Shown piece by piece: positions 1 through 10,081 of a stretch of DNA of 64,000 nt. Numbering within the stretch: the first letter of the stretch is position 1; each line of letters begins with the position of its first letter. The stretch lies in NCBI GenBank assembly GCA_026985075.1, contig JALSQX010000071.1:10601-74600 (forward strand), written 5' to 3'. The DNA comes from Blastocatellia bacterium (GTDB lineage: Bacteria; Acidobacteriota; Blastocatellia; HR10; J050). Below the pieces are notes generated by a model. The model worked only from the letters and a program-made list of their open reading frames with translations. It did no database searches and was not told the origin of the DNA. A program made the position numbers and the translations under genes.

Positions 1-1
1 G

Positions 2-640
2 CCCCGTTTCGACGCTGCCGGTAAAACAGACAGCGTCGACGAGTTCGATGAGAGCAGCTCCCGTCTCTCCGGCTCCCGCGATGACCGCCAGCACGTCATG
101 GAGTGGCGGGACGGCCTCGATACTCCGTGAGAGTGGTTCAATGAATCGCGGCGTCACCTCGCTCGGCTTGATGACCACAGCGCATCCGGCCAACAGAGCG
201 GGGATGGCATCAATGAGGGAGAGGAGGAGAGGGAAATTCCAGGGACTGATCACGCCCACCAGAGGATAGGGAATCACCTCTCCCCTCACCCTGACGAACG
301 GAAGGGAGGTGGGCTGTTCGTCTCCCGCCGAGAGCAGGGCGGGCGCCTCGCGCGCCCATCGACGGAGACCGGCGATGATCAGGTTGAATTCGACTTCCGA
401 TTCCGCTCGTCGCCCCGTATCGGTGGTGAGCGCGGCAATGAGAGGCTCCCGCTCGGCCAGCAGCGCTTCCTGCCACCGCTCCAGCGCTGCGATTCGCCGA
501 TCCAATCCTCCCTTCCACCAGTGGACCTGCTCTCGTCGAAGCCGGGCGCACAGATCGGCGAGTTCATCGCGTTCCGGGGGGGTAATCCAGTAGTCGCGCT
601 GGCCCGTTCGTGGATTGCGCACGCCGATCCGCTCGCCCAT
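2..640 (-). CDS. Aldehyde dehydrogenase family protein (3' part outside window)
   Basis: Manual translation from ATG 640: MGERIGVRNPRTG...GVISPWNFP...AGCAVVIKPSEVTP...VCFTGSVETG, which are ALDH motifs. Missing from the ORF track because it runs off the edge. Confidence 0.92.
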   Translation of the reverse strand, partial: MGERIGVRNPRTGQRDYWITPPERDELADLCARLRREQVHWWKGGLDRRIAALERWQEALLAEREPLIAALTTDTGRRAESEVEFNLIIAGLRRWAREAPALLSAGDEQPTSLPFVRVRGEVIPYPLVGVISPWNFPLLLSLIDAIPALLAGCAVVIKPSEVTPRFIEPLSRSIEAVPPLHDVLAVIAGAGETGAALIELVDAVCFTGSVETG

Positions 641-643
641 GAC

Positions 644-1687
644 TCAAATCACCCCCGCGTCTATTAATCGGCGAATGGTCTCCTGCTGTGTCCGGAGGAA
701 ATGGGAACGCTCGGGCACTTTATCGAGAAGCGTGTTGGCCGGATAAAACGTATGCTGGCGGTAACTCTCAGCGTATGCCTCGAAGCGCTGTCGGGAGAGC
801 ACATTGTCCATCCCCGGTCGCCGACGATATCGCCGAAGAGCGTCCAGATGGATCTCGGCATGCGCGACGATGCTCTCGCCCGGTCCCGCTTCGGCCAACA
901 CTTGCCCTCGATAGTCAACGATCATCGAGCCACCATCGGAAGACCCGCCGGGGATATCGATATCCTCCAGGCCAGCCGTGTTCGCCGAGACAACGTAGAC
1001 GAGGTTTTCGATGGCTCGGGCCACTTTGGCGACAGCCTTGGGCGTGGGGCGCGGGCTGGCAACCTCACAGGTGGAATGAACGAGGATCTCAGCTCCCCGC
1101 ATGGCCAGACAGCGAGCGATCTCTGGATAGAGGATCTCCTCGGACGCCACGGCCGCCAAGCGGCCGATCTCGGTTGACGCCACGGGGAAGACGCCATCCA
1201 ATCCGTAAATATCCAGATAGCGATCCCACACGTCATGAGGCGTGGGCGCGTACATGGAATTCAATCGTCGATAGCGTAAAATCACGTCGCCGGCGGGATC
1301 GATGATGAAGCTCGTCTGAAAATATAACCCCGGAAAGTGAGCGTCCAGCTCATAGGCATTACCCGCCAGGAAGATATTGTTTTCCCGAGCAATCTCGCCC
1401 AGCAGTTCATACTCTGGACCATCGGCCTCCAGGCAAGCTTTATGAGCCCATTCCTCGATGCTCTCGCCCATAGGAAAACCGGTGAGGAAATATTCTGGCA
1501 GTACGACCAATCGCGTCTCTTTCCCCAGCCAAGCGATACTGGCCGCCACCTGCCGCCGCAATCGATCGATCGTCGCGCGCATCCGGGCTCGAGCATCCTC
1601 GCGATGTTGCGCTCGATTCACGGCACGACAGACGATCTGCAGCGCGAGCGCTCGAAAAGCACGCGTTTCATTTTCATTCTCCGTCAT
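644..1687 (-). CDS. Nitrilase/carbon-nitrogen hydrolase family protein (non-canonical triad)
   Basis: VVLPEYFLTG, AVASEEILYPEIARCLAMRGAEIL, ARAIENLVYVVSAN, GGSMIVDYRG. Start taken at MTENE. Confidence 0.9.
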   Translation of the reverse strand: MTENENETRAFRALALQIVCRAVNRAQHREDARARMRATIDRLRRQVAASIAWLGKETRLVVLPEYFLTGFPMGESIEEWAHKACLEADGPEYELLGEIARENNIFLAGNAYELDAHFPGLYFQTSFIIDPAGDVILRYRRLNSMYAPTPHDVWDRYLDIYGLDGVFPVASTEIGRLAAVASEEILYPEIARCLAMRGAEILVHSTCEVASPRPTPKAVAKVARAIENLVYVVSANTAGLEDIDIPGGSSDGGSMIVDYRGQVLAEAGPGESIVAHAEIHLDALRRYRRRPGMDNVLSRQRFEAYAESYRQHTFYPANTLLDKVPERSHFLRTQQETIRRLIDAGVI

Positions 1688-1728
1688 CGTTCCCTCTCCC
1701 GCATCACTGATCGGGCCTCCCCGTGAGG

Positions 1729-2154
1729 TCAACCCGATGTCAACCAATCACCGATGCCATACGGATCAGGGGCCGGCTGAGAGAAGTGCTCGTGCACGAT
1801 GCGCCACTCATTCGCCTCATTTCGAGTGAGTACGAAGGTGCCCCGGAAGCGAACCATTCGCTCCTCGCCCTTCACTCGGACCTTCACCTCGACGATGCCC
1901 GCGATCCAGCCCATATCCCCGGAGACTTGACTGTACGGCCCCTCGACCCAACGACAGGAAATCATATCCAGCGGCGCATTCACGAAGGCTCGCCAGCCGC
2001 GGGCGATGCGGTCGAATCCGATCGTTGACCAACGCGGCCCCTCGACGAAGACGTACGTCGTATCCGACTCGGCATATCGACCAATGATATCGTCGATGCG
2101 CTTTTCGATAACCGCTTGGAAGTGTTGTTCGGAGATGTCCTTGAGTGCTGTCAT
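1729..2154 (-). CDS. SnoaL/NTF2-like (YybH-type) protein
   Basis: C-terminal RGTFVL...WRIVHEHFSQP typical of SnoaL_3 proteins. Confidence 0.85.
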   Translation of the reverse strand: MTALKDISEQHFQAVIEKRIDDIIGRYAESDTTYVFVEGPRWSTIGFDRIARGWRAFVNAPLDMISCRWVEGPYSQVSGDMGWIAGIVEVKVRVKGEERMVRFRGTFVLTRNEANEWRIVHEHFSQPAPDPYGIGDWLTSG

Positions 2155-2219
2155 CAATCACGTCCTCCGGCCAGATCAAGGGGGGCTCACTGAGGGGGAG
2201 CGCATCCATCCCGTGATGG

Positions 2220-3515
2220 TCATCGCAACGACAGAGGTTCGACGCGAGGGATCATCCACATGACGATCGCCGCTGAGAGGATGTGCATCACCGAGACGAT
2301 GACGAAGACCGGCGTGTAGGATACATGATCGACGAACCATCCCACCAGAGGCTGAAACAACATTCCCCCGAAGCTCCCCGCCGCTCCTGACACCCCCCAC
2401 ACCGACGCCACATGCCGCGAGGCGAACAAGTCGGCGGGGAGCGTGAACAACGAAGACGATTTCACCTGAATGGCGAACATGGCCACAGCGATCACCATCA
2501 AGGCCCAGAAGGCCGATCTCGCCGAGACGGCGAATAACACCAGAGGCACCAGCAGAGCACCTATCCAGATGACCAGTTTCCTGGAAGCATTCAATGACCA
2601 TCCACGAGCGATCAATCGACCTCCCAACCATCCTCCACTCAAGCTCCCCACGTCAGCCGCCAAGAACGGGATCCAGGCCAACAACCCGATCTCGGCGAGA
2701 TTGAAGCCGCGTTCATCGGACAGATATTTAGGCAACCAAAACACAAAGAAGTAGAACGCACCATCGCAAACGAACCGAGCGAGCATCACCCCCCAAACTT
2801 CTTTATAGCGGAAGTAGTCAACCCACCGCATCCCATCGTTGGTGGACGACGGCTGGTACCGCTCCCTGAGAATGAGCTCGGCTTCCTCCGGCGTAATACG
2901 GGGATGACATTCCGGACTCCTATAGAGTTTCTGCCAACCCACGAGCCAGAGGAGCCCGATGACGCCCGTGGCCACAAAGGCTAACCGCCACCCTACGGTG
3001 AGAACGAGCGTGGCGACCAGAGGGGGAGCGATAATCGCGCCCAGCCCAGGGCCCACATTCAAAATACCGACGGCCATCGACCGTTCTGATCGGGGGAACC
3101 ACTCGGAAATCGCCTTGAGCGATGCCGGATAATTCCCCGCCTCTCCGAGACCGAGAAGAAAACGGAACAGCGAGAAACTCCACACTCCCGTTCCCACGGC
3201 GTGAAGCATATTGGCCAGCGACCACCATACGACGGCCAATGAAAATCCTCGTTTCGTTCCCATCCGGTCGATGAGGCGACCAGCCAGAATCTGCATGAGG
3301 GCATAAGCGAACAGAAATGATGACACGATCCAGGAGTAGTCGCTCGCCGTGAAGCCGAACTCCTCACTGAGCACGGGCGCGGCCACCGAGATGGCCTGGC
3401 GGTCAATATAGTTCACCGTCGTGGCCAGAAAGAGTAAACCGATGATGATCCATCGGAGGTGGCGAATCGGTCGGATCGATTGCCCCACGCTCAGATCGGA
3501 TGAGAGTGTCCCCAT
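2220..3515 (-). CDS. MFS transporter, ExuT/ACS-like
   Basis: NYIDRQ, GRLIDRMGTKRG, RFLLGLGEAGNYP, EWFPRSERS; about 12 hydrophobic segments. Confidence 0.92.
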   Translation of the reverse strand: MGTLSSDLSVGQSIRPIRHLRWIIIGLLFLATTVNYIDRQAISVAAPVLSEEFGFTASDYSWIVSSFLFAYALMQILAGRLIDRMGTKRGFSLAVVWWSLANMLHAVGTGVWSFSLFRFLLGLGEAGNYPASLKAISEWFPRSERSMAVGILNVGPGLGAIIAPPLVATLVLTVGWRLAFVATGVIGLLWLVGWQKLYRSPECHPRITPEEAELILRERYQPSSTNDGMRWVDYFRYKEVWGVMLARFVCDGAFYFFVFWLPKYLSDERGFNLAEIGLLAWIPFLAADVGSLSGGWLGGRLIARGWSLNASRKLVIWIGALLVPLVLFAVSARSAFWALMVIAVAMFAIQVKSSSLFTLPADLFASRHVASVWGVSGAAGSFGGMLFQPLVGWFVDHVSYTPVFVIVSVMHILSAAIVMWMIPRVEPLSLR

Positions 3516-3581
3516 ACGTCGGTCTGAGATCTCAGAGACGAGCGATCACCTCGTCAAGATCACCGATGAATAATAAAAGCC

Positions 3582-4736
3582 TCACCATCTGGCTTTCTTC
3601 TTGAAATACTTCAATGCGTCTTCCAAGCTCTCCGGGAGATATTCGAGAAAGGCATTAGGGGGATAACGGGATTGATACTGCTCCATGACGTGAGCATACA
3701 ACGCCGTGTGCACATCGGGAATGCGATGGTGCTTCCGGAAGGCGGCCAGCGGGAGACGAGCCGTGATGATCGTCTCATGAGGTGATGCGGCCTGAGCGAT
3801 GACCTCGCCACGAGGACCGAAGATCGCGCTTCCCCCTGTTCCACCCGGGTCCTCCACGAAATGAGGGTTGCCCGGCGACAGGGCATTATTGACGGCCATC
3901 CCATACACCCCGTTTGTCCGACAGATCACGATCATATCGGCGCGCCCAAATCCGCCCGTCGACGTTCGAATGATGATCTCGGCCCCTTTGATGGCCAGCG
4001 CGCGATAGAGTTCCGGTTCCCACTGAACTGAGGACACGGCAATATTGCCAATATCGGTACGGGCCACGGGGAGTACGGCATCCCATCCGTACAACTCGAC
4101 ATATCGATCTAATACGTCGTACACGGTCGTGGTGAACAACTCGAAGCCGGGAAAGACGCCATGTATATTACGAGCCTTCCACTGCTTGGAGACGATCTTC
4201 CCGTCAGGACCGATGATCACCGAGATGCTCATGATATGACGCGGCCAGTCTTTGTCTTTGGCGTAGGTGCCAAACGTGATATAGCAGTTGTACTGCTTGG
4301 CCTTCTCTCCGATGGCCTCGGCCTCGGCGCCAGGGAGCTCCAGAGCGAGGTTGAGGATCTCTTTTCGCGTCCACCGATCCCAACCCGTGATGGGGAACTC
4401 ATGAAAAGCGATGAGATCCTTTCGCCCGCCGAAGTACTGCGCTTTGTCAATGAGATCGAGCATGTGCTTGAGGTTCTCCCGCTTCCCCGGCGCCGGATTT
4501 CGTCCATCTACCGCTCGAACGCGAGATTGGACGACGCTGACGGTGATCTCCTCGCGGCGCAAGGGAACGACGTCATACGTCCCATCGTGCTGAGGCGCAG
4601 ATGGTGCGGATCTCGACGCGAATGCCCGGCCCGCCTCAGGGACGACTCCTACGGCGACCGCGCCAGCCGTAAACCGAAGAAACTCGCGGCGCGACGGACC
4701 TCGTCGCTTCCGCGGCCATGTCCTCCGTGTCATCAT
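3582..4736 (-). CDS. Tat-exported nitrilase-family protein
   Basis: SRREFL twin-arginine signal; FHEFPITG, WKARN, EPELYRALAIKGAEII, GGSAIFGPRG. Confidence 0.85.
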   Translation of the reverse strand: MMTRRTWPRKRRGPSRREFLRFTAGAVAVGVVPEAGRAFASRSAPSAPQHDGTYDVVPLRREEITVSVVQSRVRAVDGRNPAPGKRENLKHMLDLIDKAQYFGGRKDLIAFHEFPITGWDRWTRKEILNLALELPGAEAEAIGEKAKQYNCYITFGTYAKDKDWPRHIMSISVIIGPDGKIVSKQWKARNIHGVFPGFELFTTTVYDVLDRYVELYGWDAVLPVARTDIGNIAVSSVQWEPELYRALAIKGAEIIIRTSTGGFGRADMIVICRTNGVYGMAVNNALSPGNPHFVEDPGGTGGSAIFGPRGEVIAQAASPHETIITARLPLAAFRKHHRIPDVHTALYAHVMEQYQSRYPPNAFLEYLPESLEDALKYFKKKARW

Positions 4737-4816
4737 CGCTCTCCGGGCCGACCGACCGCTGTTCGATGGTTCAGAGGAATGGTCGTCGGCGCTTCTTGAA
4801 GGCGTCTCATCGACCA

Positions 4817-5392
4817 TCACCGAAGCAACGGTGTAATGATCGCTTCGAACTCTTCGTATGTCTTCCGACCGACGAGTTTCTTCCTCACCTCACCCGTTCG
4901 ATCGATGAGATAGGTGGTGGGTAGAATTCCCTCGAACCCCTCATCCACAACGCCCACGAAACCGTCCAGGTCGGTCTCCTTTCGGAGATACACGGAGAAG
5001 CTAGGAGCCCGGTCCCGCACATAGGGTCGGACCTTCGTCTCCAGCTCATCGGGTTCATCCACCGACACGGCGATGATCGTCAATCCGCGATCTCGGTACG
5101 CCTCCTGCAATTTGGAGAGGTCGGGGAATTCCTTGAGACAGGGAACGCACCACGTCGCCCAGAAATTCAACAAAATGACGCGACCGCGATAGTGATGAAG
5201 GAGTTGCCGCAACTGCTCTGCACTGATGAGCTCGACCGACTTGGGATTGAGCAGATGCGACGGGAGAGAAGCCCTCGCCGCCTGAGAGAGACCCCTTCTC
5301 CCACCGTCAACCATCGCGGGTATGGCGATGAAGAACGCGATCATCCAACCAACGAGGCATCGACCCGTTAGATGCTTTTTCTCTCTGTCCAT
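4817..5392 (-). CDS. TlpA-family thiol-disulfide oxidoreductase
   Basis: LLNFWATWCVPCLKEFP, LPTTYLIDR; N-terminal membrane anchor. Confidence 0.92.
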   Translation of the reverse strand: MDREKKHLTGRCLVGWMIAFFIAIPAMVDGGRRGLSQAARASLPSHLLNPKSVELISAEQLRQLLHHYRGRVILLNFWATWCVPCLKEFPDLSKLQEAYRDRGLTIIAVSVDEPDELETKVRPYVRDRAPSFSVYLRKETDLDGFVGVVDEGFEGILPTTYLIDRTGEVRKKLVGRKTYEEFEAIITPLLR

Positions 5393-5510
5393 GCGATCAT
5401 CACCTCAGCAATGAGAATGGATGGGAGAAATGCTCTACCGACATCTTCGTCAATAGGCTCCCTGCCAGGTTCTATCGGGTGGAGGAGGATGTTCCCTCAC
5501 GAGCCGCTGA

Positions 5511-6857
5511 TTACTTTTTGGCGATGAGCGGCTCCAGGGCTTGAAACAGAATTTTGTTGTCCTGCTGCCAAGCGACAAAAACTGTCCCATCGGACGCAAC
5601 AGCGACAGTGGGAAACATCGACGCCGTCTCTCCTGATCCTAACGCCCGAATAGGCCCAAAGGTTTTTCCGTGATCGTAGGAGATGCGAAGGTAGGCTCGA
5701 CGTGGGCCCGAGACCTTGGCATCCCACACAACATACACGCCGCCCTTCGGCCCGACGGCGAGTTGTGGATGGTCGGAGATCTTGGCTCCCGGATGAATGG
5801 CTCGTGGTTCGGCGAACGTCTTGCCGCCGTCCTCGGAGACAGTGAAATACACGCCCGGAGGCGTTTCCGCCGCCGTGAACCAAGCCGCATAGACCCATTT
5901 CTCCTGATCCGTGGCCAGGATCGCCGGTTTCAGAGGACATCCATTGATCATCCACTTCTTGGAAGTCAACCGTACCGGTGCGCTGAACGTTTTTCCTCCG
6001 TCATCAGATCTCAGCACGACGCTGTTACGGAACCCCTCCGGATAAACATGCCGCATGGAGAGGAACAGCGTCCCTCGAGGCGAGAAAGCCGCGTCCAACT
6101 GACAACACGGGCAGGCCGTGTCGCGACTGATGAGTCGATCGGGCTCGAACGTCTTTCCTCGGTCCCAAGAGACGGCTCCATAAATGGAACCATTCGCTCC
6201 CGGGGCGTTCATATGTCGCGTATCGATCCAAAATGCGTGCACCGATCCGTCTGGCCCCACGGCCATTGTTCCGAAGCAATGCGCCTCGCTCAGCCCGCCT
6301 CCGACAATCTTGCTCTGGTCTTCCTTCAAGATCGTATTCAATGTGCGCTCGCGCTCGAAAGTGCGCCCCCCATCAGTGGAGCGGGTGTATCGGGCATCAG
6401 TGGCATCTTTATCCGCCGTGGCGGTGGCTCGATTACCGGAGAAGAACACATGAATGACGCCCGAGTCATCGACCACGATCTTGGGTCGACTGGTGCTGAA
6501 TCCCCAAACCGATCCCTCCACGCTATTCACGCGGATGGGCTCAGTGAACGTGCGCCCTCCATCGGTGGAGCGCGCAAAATACAGATTGGTGTAGATGCGA
6601 TGGGTGTGAGTCTCCCCCGCGGGAATCTTGGCCTGCACGGGTAGCTTCTCCACCCAGATGAGGTTGATGCTTCCATCGGGACCAAGGGCCATGGTGGGCG
6701 TACTGGCTTTGTTCTCCGGTGCGCTGAGCACGATGACCCGTGATTTCTCCCCTTGATCGGGCGCGCCGGGATGTCCTCCCGCGGCAACCAGGGTGATTCC
6801 TCCCGTTGCTAATGCCAAACTGAACGCGTAGGCGAATTTCACCATGCCTTTATTCAT
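5511..6857 (-). CDS. Secreted BNR/Asp-box (sialidase-fold) repeat protein with CPCC motif
   Basis: Repeated SxDGGxTF Asp-boxes, signal peptide, ACPCCQ and WMINGCP. Confidence 0.85.
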   Translation of the reverse strand: MNKGMVKFAYAFSLALATGGITLVAAGGHPGAPDQGEKSRVIVLSAPENKASTPTMALGPDGSINLIWVEKLPVQAKIPAGETHTHRIYTNLYFARSTDGGRTFTEPIRVNSVEGSVWGFSTSRPKIVVDDSGVIHVFFSGNRATATADKDATDARYTRSTDGGRTFERERTLNTILKEDQSKIVGGGLSEAHCFGTMAVGPDGSVHAFWIDTRHMNAPGANGSIYGAVSWDRGKTFEPDRLISRDTACPCCQLDAAFSPRGTLFLSMRHVYPEGFRNSVVLRSDDGGKTFSAPVRLTSKKWMINGCPLKPAILATDQEKWVYAAWFTAAETPPGVYFTVSEDGGKTFAEPRAIHPGAKISDHPQLAVGPKGGVYVVWDAKVSGPRRAYLRISYDHGKTFGPIRALGSGETASMFPTVAVASDGTVFVAWQQDNKILFQALEPLIAKK

Positions 6858-7091
6858 GACGATCCTCCTTTGCGATTCTAGCCGTTCGAGGCGTTGCTGT
6901 ACAGCTCATGGCAGAAAAAGCGAAAAAAACTTACAATGAGGACAGCAGCTTGAGACTTCACACGGGCTCTGGTTCGACCCGGCGCACCCCCGAATGCAAA
7001 CAGATGACCGCGTTCTGCTCCTCTTCCACCGGGCGGTGCAGTGAAACTCACAGAGAGTCTCCCGAAAAGAACATGGTCCCGGTCATTCCGT

Positions 7092-8555
7092 TCACCGAGA
7101 CGCTCGTTCGCCGTGCAATCCAATGGGTCGTTTGATGTACTGGCCGATTCCCGGCTTGGCCACGATTTGACCCTCAGAGAAGACGCGCCGACCACGCAAT
7201 ACAGTATGGACTGGCCATCCATGGAGTTCCATGCCTTCGAAAGGAGTGAAGTCCTGTGCCGAATGAAGGATCTCCGGCGTCACCGATTGTCGCTTCTCCA
7301 TATCGATGATGGCGAAATCGGCATCAGCGCCGACCATGAGCGTCCCTTTCTTCGGATACAAGCCAAAATTGATCGCCGGATTGGCGGCCACGAGTTCGGC
7401 CACTCGCGTGAGCGAGAGTCCACGTTTATGGCTACCCTCTGACAGGAGCACCGGATAGAGCAGCGATGATCCTCCAAATCCAGGAAGCGCCGTCCAGAGG
7501 TCCTCGCCTTTATTCTCCTCAAAGCAACAGGCATGATCGCTGACCACGCTATCGACTTCCCCATCGAGGATCCCCTGCCATAGGAAATCGGCATCCGCTC
7601 GCGTTCGAATCGGGGGATTGACTTTCCCTTTGATTCCACCCGCCGTATCATAAGTCAGCGCCAGATGGTGGAGCGTCGTCTCCAGCTTGATATCCAGATG
7701 CGGATATCGGCGTCGCGCCTCGATGCCCGACTGGAGAGCCGCCTGACTGCTCAGATGGAGAAGATTGAGCGGGCAACCGGTAGCGTCAGCCAGGACGACG
7801 GCTTCCCGGATGGAGAGACTCTCAGTGAGCGGAGGACGCGCCCGACTATAGGCTTCCAGGCCTCTCACCCCCTCGGTCTTCACTTTTTCGATGAAGACGC
7901 GAATGAGTTCCGGGTTCTCACAGTGAAGACTCAGCGCGATACGTCCAGCCGCCCGATGCCTTCGGGCGACCTCGGCCACGCGCTCCATCAACAAGTAGAG
8001 ATGGCCGAGATCGTAATTCTCGGCCATGGTATACTCCGCCCCCCGAGTGGAATCGGCAGCCAGCGTGAGGCCCTTGTAGAACATGTAGAACTTGAACGAC
8101 CCCACGCCATATTGCTCGACGAGCATGCTCACCTCATCGAGCTGCTGGCCGGTCATGATCGCAATATGGTAGCCATAGTCGGTGTAGAAATGCCCCGAGG
8201 ACAGCTCCAGGACTTCGGGAAATATCTGCTCATAAGGGCCCGACTTGTTCAAATAATGGTGACCGGTCCGGAAGTAGCTCAAGATCGTGGTCACGCCGCC
8301 CACTGCCGAGGACGCCGATTCACTCTCGGCATCCTCCGATAATGGCCGATAAATGCCCACGTGATAGTGCGAATCCACGGCTCCCGGAAAAACGAATTTC
8401 CCCGAGGCATCGAGGACGTCATCTCCCTCAGTGGCGGCAATGAGATCGCTCACATTGGCGATACGCCCATCCCGGACGCCGAGATCAGCACGTATCACAC
8501 CAATGTAAGGGATCACTAAAGTCCCATTTTTGACGACGAGATCATACCGAGACAT
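7092..8555 (-). CDS. Cyclic amidohydrolase (dihydroorotase/allantoinase/hydantoinase-like)
   Basis: PGAVDSHYH, AVGGVTT, SFKFYM, HCEN, HLSS, KVNPPIR, SDHA, KGTLMVGADAD. Confidence 0.9.
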   Translation of the reverse strand: MSRYDLVVKNGTLVIPYIGVIRADLGVRDGRIANVSDLIAATEGDDVLDASGKFVFPGAVDSHYHVGIYRPLSEDAESESASSAVGGVTTILSYFRTGHHYLNKSGPYEQIFPEVLELSSGHFYTDYGYHIAIMTGQQLDEVSMLVEQYGVGSFKFYMFYKGLTLAADSTRGAEYTMAENYDLGHLYLLMERVAEVARRHRAAGRIALSLHCENPELIRVFIEKVKTEGVRGLEAYSRARPPLTESLSIREAVVLADATGCPLNLLHLSSQAALQSGIEARRRYPHLDIKLETTLHHLALTYDTAGGIKGKVNPPIRTRADADFLWQGILDGEVDSVVSDHACCFEENKGEDLWTALPGFGGSSLLYPVLLSEGSHKRGLSLTRVAELVAANPAINFGLYPKKGTLMVGADADFAIIDMEKRQSVTPEILHSAQDFTPFEGMELHGWPVHTVLRGRRVFSEGQIVAKPGIGQYIKRPIGLHGERASR

Positions 8556-8621
8556 GTCTTCCTCCCTTCACTCTCATGAACGCAGATCATATGGCGGAGA
8601 TGCGCCGGGGCCTCACCACGT

Positions 8622-10016
8622 TCATCGGTTATCCAGTGTATCGGCCGTCAACTGATTCATGAGCTCGCCAATGTCATCTAAGGATTCCAGGTCATCGATG
8701 AGCTGGTGGATGAGCTGTTGCCGCTCATCGGAGATGATGCCATCGGCCAGCGCGGCGAACTTCCGCCTCAATTCCCCATCGCTCAATGGATCGCGCGGAT
8801 CTCCCTTAGGATAATCGATTCGGCAGGTGAGCGTTTGACCAGATGTCGTTCGAATATCCACCCGGCATGGTTGCATCTCGGGAAACATTCGCTCGAACGC
8901 GTCATCAGCACGCACTTTCACTTTGCTCACCAGGCCCAAAATCCGGGGATCGCGCAACCTGTCCGGTTGAAATTGTCGTGGAGTGACCTCTCGATCGACG
9001 ATGGCGGCGGCAATACAGTATGGGAGACTATGGTCGGCCGTCTCCTTGGATGTGATATCGTACTTGGACGGATCGGCTAGGATTTCTGCGGCGCGACCGA
9101 TGCTGGTGATCATCACTTCTCCGATGTCCTCCGGCGTAAGGCGGTGATCGTGGACCAGCCGGAGCGTCGCGGTGATGGGCGAATGGGTGAGCGCTTCGCT
9201 CGGATAGGGTTTCATCGAGCAGTGCATGATGCGAAATTCAGAGCCCAGCCCTTCGGTCAGCTTCTCGGGCCGCCATTCCCGGCCCACTTCGGCGAACAAT
9301 CCTTCTCGCCCCTCGAAAATCGTTTCCGGACCGACGAATCCCCGTCGCGCCAACAGGGCGGCCATGACGCCGCTTTGGGTCGCCATGGGATCGACCGTAT
9401 TCTTCATCATCGTCAACTTGCCCGCCGTGACCACGCCCAACGTTCCATTGTGAGCACCGGAGATGCCGATGGCATGAACGAGCTGGTCGACGGTGAGCCC
9501 CAGCATTTTACCGGCCACGACCGGTGAGGCGAATTGCGTCAACGTGGCATGATGCCAGCCCAGTTCGCGAATGCCCGGGACGGCGGCTTCGCAGAGACGC
9601 ATTTCGAGGTCATAGGCGATGACAAGGGCCGTGATGAGGTCTCGCCCCGACCGATGTTCCCGCTCCCCGATCGCCAGAGCGGCGGGAATGAGATCGCTCG
9701 GGTGACAAGGGTCCTGCTTCCAATACACATCATTATAATCCATGACGCGGACCATGAGACTGTTGACGAATGAGGCATTGACTGCTGACGTTTTATCGCC
9801 GAATCCGATGATCGTCGCTTCTCTTCGTCCACCTAATTCCCGAGTCACTTCATGGGCGATGCGACAATCTTCGATATGGTACCCACCGAAGGCACACCCA
9901 ATCGCGTCGAGCAAGAATCGCTTGGCCTCTCGAACAACGTCGGGCGGGAGATCGTCATACTGGAGTGCTACGGCATATTCAGCCCACTGACGCGAGATCG
10001 CTTTGGTCATCGGCAT
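8622..10016 (-). CDS. MmgE/PrpD family (2-methylcitrate dehydratase-like)
   Basis: RFLLDAIGCA, DYND...CHPSD, GWHH, KPYP, TADHSLPY, PKGDPRDP. Confidence 0.92.
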   Translation of the reverse strand: MPMTKAISRQWAEYAVALQYDDLPPDVVREAKRFLLDAIGCAFGGYHIEDCRIAHEVTRELGGRREATIIGFGDKTSAVNASFVNSLMVRVMDYNDVYWKQDPCHPSDLIPAALAIGEREHRSGRDLITALVIAYDLEMRLCEAAVPGIRELGWHHATLTQFASPVVAGKMLGLTVDQLVHAIGISGAHNGTLGVVTAGKLTMMKNTVDPMATQSGVMAALLARRGFVGPETIFEGREGLFAEVGREWRPEKLTEGLGSEFRIMHCSMKPYPSEALTHSPITATLRLVHDHRLTPEDIGEVMITSIGRAAEILADPSKYDITSKETADHSLPYCIAAAIVDREVTPRQFQPDRLRDPRILGLVSKVKVRADDAFERMFPEMQPCRVDIRTTSGQTLTCRIDYPKGDPRDPLSDGELRRKFAALADGIISDERQQLIHQLIDDLESLDDIGELMNQLTADTLDNR

Positions 10017-10081
10017 CCTCCACAGGTGTTGAGAACGTGAGCCATGGGGAGAGGGATAATCGAAGGCACGAACACCGATTG

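Noticed and set aside
6960-7000. GGTTCGACCC tRNA T-loop-like motif
   Set aside because: No cloverleaf or acceptor stem can be built
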